Positions 48,761-64,000 of a DNA stretch of 64,000 nt are shown here, in pieces. Under the pieces are notes generated by a model that worked only from the letters and a program-made list of their open reading frames with translations, searched no databases and was not told where the DNA came from. The position numbers and the translations under genes were made by a program. Position 1 is the stretch's first letter. The number at the start of each line of letters is the position of its first letter. Origin of the DNA: the human T2T-CHM13v2.0 reference genome, Homo sapiens; assembly GCF_009914755.1 (NCBI RefSeq), contig NC_060935.1. One strand, written 5' to 3'.

Positions 48761-49707
48761 AACCATTAATTTCATTAAATGTAACTCCCCTACAGAGCTG
48801 CACTGTACAATTCCCTATGGGAGGCTGAGGAGTAGGCACTGTGAGATATCCGAGCTCCCATGGTTACCGTAACTACCATCCGAGTAACATCTTATGGAAG
48901 AACACACTACTGGGATATTTTTGATTTATCAATGCAAACACCCAAAAAGAAGAAAGTGAGGCCCAGACCTTTTTCTGTTAATACCAGACAGCCACCATAT
49001 TGCAACAAGGCCAAGGACACTGTGAAGCAGTCCATTTTTCTAGTTTCAAGTAAAAGTACTCCTCAAAGTCTGGATTCATTCCGACTATCTCTGCTGTGTT
49101 GAAATAACTTAACCTTATTCCTATAACCTTGAGTCCAAAAATATTTATTAAATATTTAATAATATTATTCTCCTTTAACCTAAATATCTCAAAGTTAAGG
49201 ATGACAATTTGTTTTCATCAGGGCATCAAATACACACTTAAACCAGAGTTGAAAATACACATCCAATTTTTAAAAATCTCAGTTATTTTTAAATGGGACA
49301 GTAGCAGCTTTTCATTTCCTAGTATAGTTGTCAAAAGTACTAAGCTATTCAAGACATAAACCATAAATTTCTGGTGCCATAGTTATTTTGAGGGGTCTGT
49401 GATTCTAAGAATGGTCTGCAGCTTGAGTAAATTTAAGAACTCTTATATGGGGTTCTGGGAATTTTTTAAAACATGAAAACCTTGAGAATCTCTTTCCTAT
49501 AGAATTTACAACCTTACCCCATCAACTAAATATCAGTGTAATTCCAGAAACATTCATTGCTTAGAAAGCAAAGAGGCCTTTCCTCATTGCACGGAGTCAA
49601 CAGATTCATTCTAAACATTCTTCTGAATTCAAATTACCTGGAGATCAAAAATCCACACTATTGAAAATCTAGATTAAAAAAAAAAAGATCTTTTAAAAAA
49701 CCTAGAC

Positions 49708-50002
<295 letters not shown>

Positions 50003-51078
50003 ACTAGATAAATCTAGATTCAAAAAAAAAAAAAATCTAAGAGAAAACTGAGCTTAAAAAAAGTCACATCATGATAAAGAACTGTACATTTTCTGAAAAT
50101 GTTTTATAAATTCCTGAATTTTTAAACTCAAAAACTAAAATTTAAAAAGGGAAAAACAATTGTATATGATCACAGAAAAGTAACAACTAGGGATTCCAAT
50201 AAGTTACAGTATATCTGCAGTAAATTTACTACCACATTTTAGTTAAACTATCATTCATTCCACTAATATCTATGAACATAAATAGGATGTTTGTTTCCTC
50301 TGGCAATAAATGAAAGAGGCACTTCCAGTTAAAGTGATAATGACCTGTCTTAAGGACGATGAGAACTAACAACCGAGACATAGTTCAGGTCTGTGTAAGG
50401 AAACATAGCCTGAAAGGTGATCCTGTTCATTCCCAGAACTGGAATTGAACTGCAAAGAAGCTGAGCAGAGAGGGTGAGAAAAGCAGCCTGGCTTCCTAGG
50501 GGATGAGACTACCAGATGGGCAAAGTTGACGGGGCACTGTAGACAGTGTCCAGGCTTCCTTACGCTTTTCCCATAGGTCTTGCCCATTCCATTCCGTTTC
50601 CACAGACTCAATCCACAATAACCCCTGTTAGTTACAAAAAAAAAAAAAAAGCATGAATCACAGCCACAAGAGCATCAGGCTAGACTGATATTTTCCCTCT
50701 GTTCCTGCTCAAAACTCCCCAAGCCTCTCATCCTGGCATCCTTGCTCTCCAGGGAGCAGAATTCACTCTGCTATTCCTCCTTATCACACCCCTGTTAGGC
50801 TGACAGCTTGCTCCTCCCTCATGTCTTTCCATAGGCTGGTTTAGTACCTTCTCTGTACCGAGAACTATGCTAGGAGGCTCTGCACACACAGAAGAGACGT
50901 GATCCTTATCAGCATGGAGGGTGGTCTAGTAAGGACAAGAAGGAAACAACACAGTTACAATATGTATGCCAGGGGCCAGTTTGATTTTCACCTCCTCCTC
51001 AGGCAATTTCCTTTCTATCGAACACCTACTGTTCATTTTTCTGAACTTTTATTATTATTTTAAAAATTAATGTATCTT

Positions 51079-51870
51079 GTGTGTTACAATACAAAATATA
51101 TTTGGTCTTTGTCCCTGGTTCCTGGCACAGAGTTTCTAAAATCCCTTGGGATTTTCCTGAATGATGGGAGCGTCTTTGGTTATTCATGAGGACCCCCCCT
51201 TTTGCTCAAACCTGAGTTTTTGGCTAATCAACTGCCATAGCATAGGGCCCACAGATAGCCTCAGGATGGGCTCCTCACCAGAAATACCAGGTGATTAGCG
51301 GGTTGGAAGTTTCAGCCCCATCCATCAACCTTTGGGAAAGCTAGAAATTAAGCTCTATAAAAACTCCTGTACTGAGATCTGAGGGGCTTCTGAGTTGGTG
51401 AACACATGGAGGTGCTGAGACGGCGGTGTTCCCAGAGAGCGTATCGAAGCTCTGCGCACCATTCCTCCACACCCAGACCTTACCCTAACCATCTCTTCCA
51501 TTTGGCTGCTCCTGAGTTATATCCTCTATAATAAACCAATAAATGTAAATAAAGTGTTTCCTTGAGTTCTGGGAGCCATTCTAGCAAATTATCTAACCCA
51601 AGGAGGGGGTTATGGGAAAGCCTGATTTATAGTTAATTAGGAGTACAAGAGCTGAACGTGCAATTAGCATCTAAACTGAGGGCAGTCTTGTGGGCTGAGA
51701 CCTTAACTGGTGGGATCTGACACTAAATCCAGATAGGTAGTAGATAGAGTCAGAACTGAATTGGATTGTAGGACACTCAGCTGATGTCTGAGAACTGGCA
51801 GAGGTGGGAAAAAAAAAAAACACACATCTGGTGTCGGAAGTGCCATATGATTATAGAGAAACAGTATTTT
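51079..51870. mobile_element. MER21-like LTR
   Basis: tttggtctttgtccctggttcctggcacagag...aataaagtgtttccttgagttctg...gtgggatctgacacta; boundaries approximate. Confidence 0.75.
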
Positions 51871-52271
51871 CCCAGGTCTTGTTTATCTTTTCAAATGAAT
51901 TAATTGTAAGAACGATGTCTTATATTTTCATTTCATTCTATCAAAGTGTCAGACACAGTTCTGGGAAAACGTGTGCAAGTGCCTAGCACAGTCTGGAGCA
52001 TATACAGTTGGGGGGCACCCAAGGTATGTCTGAACTCTTCACCATTACAGACAAGGCCCCAGTTGCCCTCTGCTGCCTACCCTTCTGCCCCAGGAGGAAG
52101 ATCTATCTACCACCTATCCCCTAGCAGGCAGTTCATTTTTATTTCTGTTGCTTTGTTATGTTACTTCAGGTGCCTGGGCTGCTTCCCACCCATTCTCAGC
52201 TCTGCGAAATTCTACTCATGTTCAAGAACCAGTCTATACATCATATTAAAGGTATATTAAAAGCAAATAGA

Positions 52272-53260
<989 letters not shown>

Positions 53261-53498
53261 AAAAATGCACACCATCTTCCAGCAACTCATACAAATGTTT
53301 CCATTTCAGAGAAATTTAAGAACTTTTGAAGGCTGTATTCCTCTTAAATGTGAGACTTATACTTCAGAAGTTTCTATTAAGGTATGTGTTAATCCACACC
53401 AAGAGAAAGAACTTGGAAAAACTTGCTCTGTCAAAACTGTTGGAAACCATCTCGAGATGGTTCCTCTAGCTAGATAAGTTTAATTAAAAGTGCATGCA

Positions 53499-59295
<5,797 letters not shown>

Positions 59296-60559
59296 AAAAG
59301 TGCATGCATTCAAGTTTATGGCTTTTCATGTTTACTATTCTAAAAATTAAGGTACACGTTGTACTAAAAACGTTCATTCATTCATTCATCCATATTTAAT
59401 TTCAATCCTTATTCATGTTTCCTCATATCCTGAATAAGTACTTTTAGCTATCAACATCAATTGTCAAACCAGGGTTAATCATGTACCTTGTATACCTGCC
59501 TGGACATGAAATTAATCCAATGGTGTGAGGCAAGAAAGGTTCCTTCACAAACCTCCAGAAGGAGTTTTAAATGGTACTCTAGCAAGAAATCACCAAGAGA
59601 ACTAGAAAGTCTCCTCCTTCATCAGCTCTCAGCTACCTAAACTCCCCAGGGCAACTGCGTGTCCAGTCTGTTAGACAATGGCTTTTTAAAAGCATTTTTT
59701 AAACTACTTTTAAAAGTCAGTATATTCCACACTAGCATTATACCCTTGAAGACATAAATAGTAAAGTGAGCTCAATAGGTCTCTATTAGAAGAATAATGA
59801 GATGGCTGAATAAGGAACAGATTTATTTAATCTAAAAGGAGAATTCAATTTTTCTATTTAGGAACACAAATTATTAGTGTGGATTAGAGGTATTAAGATG
59901 GGGTGGGTAGTTCTGCCTGCATTTCTAGCTGCAAGGCAGCATTATCAATTCTATCCATCAGCTCTTCAACATTTCTCCCATGCTTGGAATGAATTTTATG
60001 GATTAGGCAGAAAATGAACTGCTTCTCCCTTGTTTTAAGCCTTGAAATATTAATCCAGGAAATACACTGTAAGCAACTCAGAACTTTTATATTCCCTTCC
60101 AGTTACATGCTGAGGCCAAATTTCGTTCTGTAGAAACTTAGAAAGTATACTGGAAGGCAATGGGGAAGAATGGTTTTTATATAAAAATATGCACAAACAT
60201 GAATTATATAGGAGTTAAGACACTCTGTCTTAGAAACTATTTGCATCTCCAGATCCCTTCCCCATCCTCATCCAGCCTGCTCTCTGCCCTGAGAGGTGAC
60301 ACTTACAGACTGCACTGACAGGCTCCCTTGCCCCCCAAGGCTTCTGGTTAGGTTTGGCCAAAGGGAAAGCATCATTGTTAATGTTTTATATTCCTCACTA
60401 TTCTTATCAGTTTGTATTACTAACGTGACTAAGAGAACAGCAAATGTCTTTTACTGTCTAGGCATAGATCTGACCTGGAATGAGCTCACAAAAGCTGAGC
60501 CCTGTGTGCTCTATAGGTATCTGTCTGTCCCAGCAGTATTCAAAGAATACTTCAACAGT

Positions 60560-60780
60560 GCTCATTCTGCACCGAACGCTGTTCTAAGTATTTTATAAAC
60601 ATTTGTAATTTTCATAACCCTAGGAGGCAGATGTTATTGTCATCCCCATTTTACAGATGAAACTAAGGCACAAAGAGGTTGAGTAACTTGCCTAGGGTCA
60701 CAAACTAGTAAGGGGAGGAGCCAAGATTTAGACTTCCTCAGGTTGGCTAAGGAGTCCCTGCACTTCATCACTATTAGGCT
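60560..60780 (-). mobile_element. MIR
   Basis: ccccattttacagatgaaactaaggcacaaagaggttgagtaacttgcc. Confidence 0.8.
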
Positions 60781-60898
60781 GCCAGTCACAAGGAGCAGTA
60801 TCACAAAGTCAAGAAGCTTTGGTTAGGACAGATGAGTGAATGTGTCAATGTTCCACTGTTAACCTTTAACACATTGCTGACTAAGAATGATAAAACTA

Positions 60899-61387
<489 letters not shown>

Positions 61388-61899
61388 TCATACTCTAAAA
61401 TATCATTTTATTGTCACAGCGGGACTAAAATGTGTGAAAAAACACATCTGGAATATTTTGAAATAACATTATTAGAGCTGTATTTGCAACCCTGAAAGGC
61501 TGTGCAGGTGGTGCTGTCACTCAGTTACAGAAGATTTATGGTCTAAACACGGGGAATAAGCATGTGTAATGTGCAGCTGCCACATAAGAATTTGGTCATT
61601 AACAAGCTCAAAGCACCACAACAAAGAGATATTCAGTCAGCAAAAAAAAAAACTGTCTGCTCGAATGTCAGCACAAAAGAAATCCCTAGAGATGACAACT
61701 GTACAGTTTAGTATACTAGTAAATAATTTTAATTCATTGTGTAAAGGCACTAGAAAATTTAATATTTAATACTGAACATGTTTTCTTGCAAGACAAAGGA
61801 AAAATGGAAACTTCGCCAGTTACTAAAAACACATATTGTTTAATGTTAGTAATGGTACCAAACTGAAGATGGCAGTAATCTGGGGAAGGAGGAAGCAAA

Positions 61900-62130
61900 T
61901 ATTGAACATATGCTGTGTGCAGTCACCATGCTAGATGCTTTTCATATTTTTAATTTTTAAAAAATTTCGCATGATCTGTAGAACATCAATGGGAGATGGG
62001 TTTGCTCCTCCCAATTTGCAGATGAGAAAACTGACCCAGAAGGTTAAATAAATGCCCTGAAGTGCTGTTGGAGGTGGCAGTGAAGACACTTTAACTTAGG
62101 TCTTTGAGCTGCTCTGAGCCTGGTGCTCTT
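61900..62130 (-). mobile_element. MIR remnant
   Basis: ttgcagatgagaaaactgacccagaaggttaaat. Confidence 0.6.
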
Positions 62131-62258
62131 GTCATTAGTTTAGTGTTTCTTAACAAAAATCTACCTGAATTCTAGAGTCTGGCGTATTTGATATTAACTG
62201 TACATATTGATTAGGCATTAATTTTACCACTATCTTCACTGCACTAGAATCATCATCA

Positions 62259-62645
<387 letters not shown>

Positions 62646-63333
62646 TCATCATTCTGCCAATTAGGAAATCCCCAAAAAGTGTGCCCCTCCTCAACTGCAT
62701 CCCTTTCAGAATAACCACTATCTTGAATTCTGGGTTTATCATTCTCACACATTTCTCTTTATTTTTACTTCACACCAATCTATTTCTAAGCAACATAATA
62801 CCGTGCTTTTCATACATTAAAATTTTATATAAATAGCATCATGCAAAATGTATTTGCTTTTTGCACTCAATATTATGTTTATGAATTTCACTCATGTTGA
62901 CATCTTTAGCTCTATTTCATTCATTTCTCACAGTATTTAAAATTTTTATCCTAAGAGCTATGTTTTAAGATGTTTTATGTTTCCATGAGTCTGGCATCAT
63001 GCAATGATTAACTCCAATACCTTTCTGAACAATCTACCCAGAACAGAGCTGAAAGATAAAACATGTTAGTACACATTGAGGTTTTTTAGTTACAGGAGAG
63101 CTACCTCTCAGGCCCTCAGAACCCAACACCTACTGACTCGACAATCCCACTTCTAAGAATCTAGCTAAATCCTAGCTCAAGCTGCTAAAGGTGTGTATTT
63201 ATGTTCACTGCAGCACTGTTTAGAAGAGTAAAAATAACCACAAATGGGGGCATGGCTAAGGAAAAATTACGGTATATCCCTACTATGTAACACAGTGCAA
63301 ACATGCAAATGAATGAGATACAGCTATACATAC

Positions 63334-63812
63334 TGTGGTGGTTTTAAAATATGCCCATAAATTCTTTGATAAGCCCCCCTTCAAAAAGTGAAGCCTCATT
63401 CCACTTCTCTTGTGGGTGGACCTAACCAGACTCTCTTCTGAGAACAGGGCAGAATGAAATGATGCTATACGACTTCTGAGGCTAGGTCATAATAAGGATA
63501 GCTCCCTCCCAGCTCCCTTTAAAGTCCACTCCCTTTTAGGGAAGCCTGGCATGATGCTGTGAAGATACTCAGGCAGCCCTATGGGGAACCTCATATAGAG
63601 AACTGAGGCTGTCTGCCAATAGCCAGCCATGTGAGCAAGCCACACTGGAAGAAAATTCTCTATCCCCAGTTAAGCCTTCATGACTGCAACCTCAGATCTG
63701 ACCCCAGCTAAGCTACTTCTAAACTCCTGACACATAGGAACCATGAGATAATAAGCGTAGTTTTAAACCACTTAGTTCTGGGGTTCTGCTATGTATCAAT
63801 AGATAACCAAAA
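63334..63812 (+). mobile_element. MLT1-type MaLR LTR among old L1 fragments
   Basis: tgtggtggttttaaaatatgcccataaattctttga...ttttaaaccacttagtt...aatagataac. Confidence 0.7.
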
Positions 63813-64000
63813 ATGTATTAACACAAAAAATCAGTAATTCATAGTTCAGTCAAAAAAGCAAGTTGTACAATATTATGTGTATGCCTTTTTTGTACAGTCA
63901 CACCAGCTAACAGTGATTATTTCTAGGGAGGTATTGGGAAGACAAAGGGAGGGAGGAACGCATACTTATTTTTTTATACACTTTTGCATTACTTAAAATA

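Overview
Human (or very close great-ape) genomic DNA from the BIRC2-TMEM123 locus (11q22 from memory). The + strand carries the last six exons of BIRC2/cIAP1 (end of BIR3, UBA, CARD, RING; 3022-18308, poly(A) signal 18776). The - strand carries the last three exons and ~2.5-kb 3'UTR of TMEM123/porimin (42330 down to ~36457). The two genes converge across ~17.6 kb of nested repeats. Most other ORFs in the track are Alu/L1/LTR artefacts. The most interesting structure is a full-length, retrotransposition-dead L1PA2/PA3 (9273-15317) lying antisense in the BIRC2 intron that separates BIR-UBA from CARD-RING. It keeps an intact 71-aa ORF0 whose first splice donor is in frame with the CARD exon, predicting a 198-aa ORF0-CARD-RING fusion. 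It also supplies sense-strand poly(A) signals that could give a RING-less BIR-UBA product, so it is a candidate domain-aligned 'gene-breaking' system. This is a prediction from sequence only; expression is not shown. The BIRC2 allele here appears to encode Val506 rather than the Ala I recall for the reference. Exon numbers and repeat subfamily names come from memory, and repeat boundaries are approximate unless a TSD is given.
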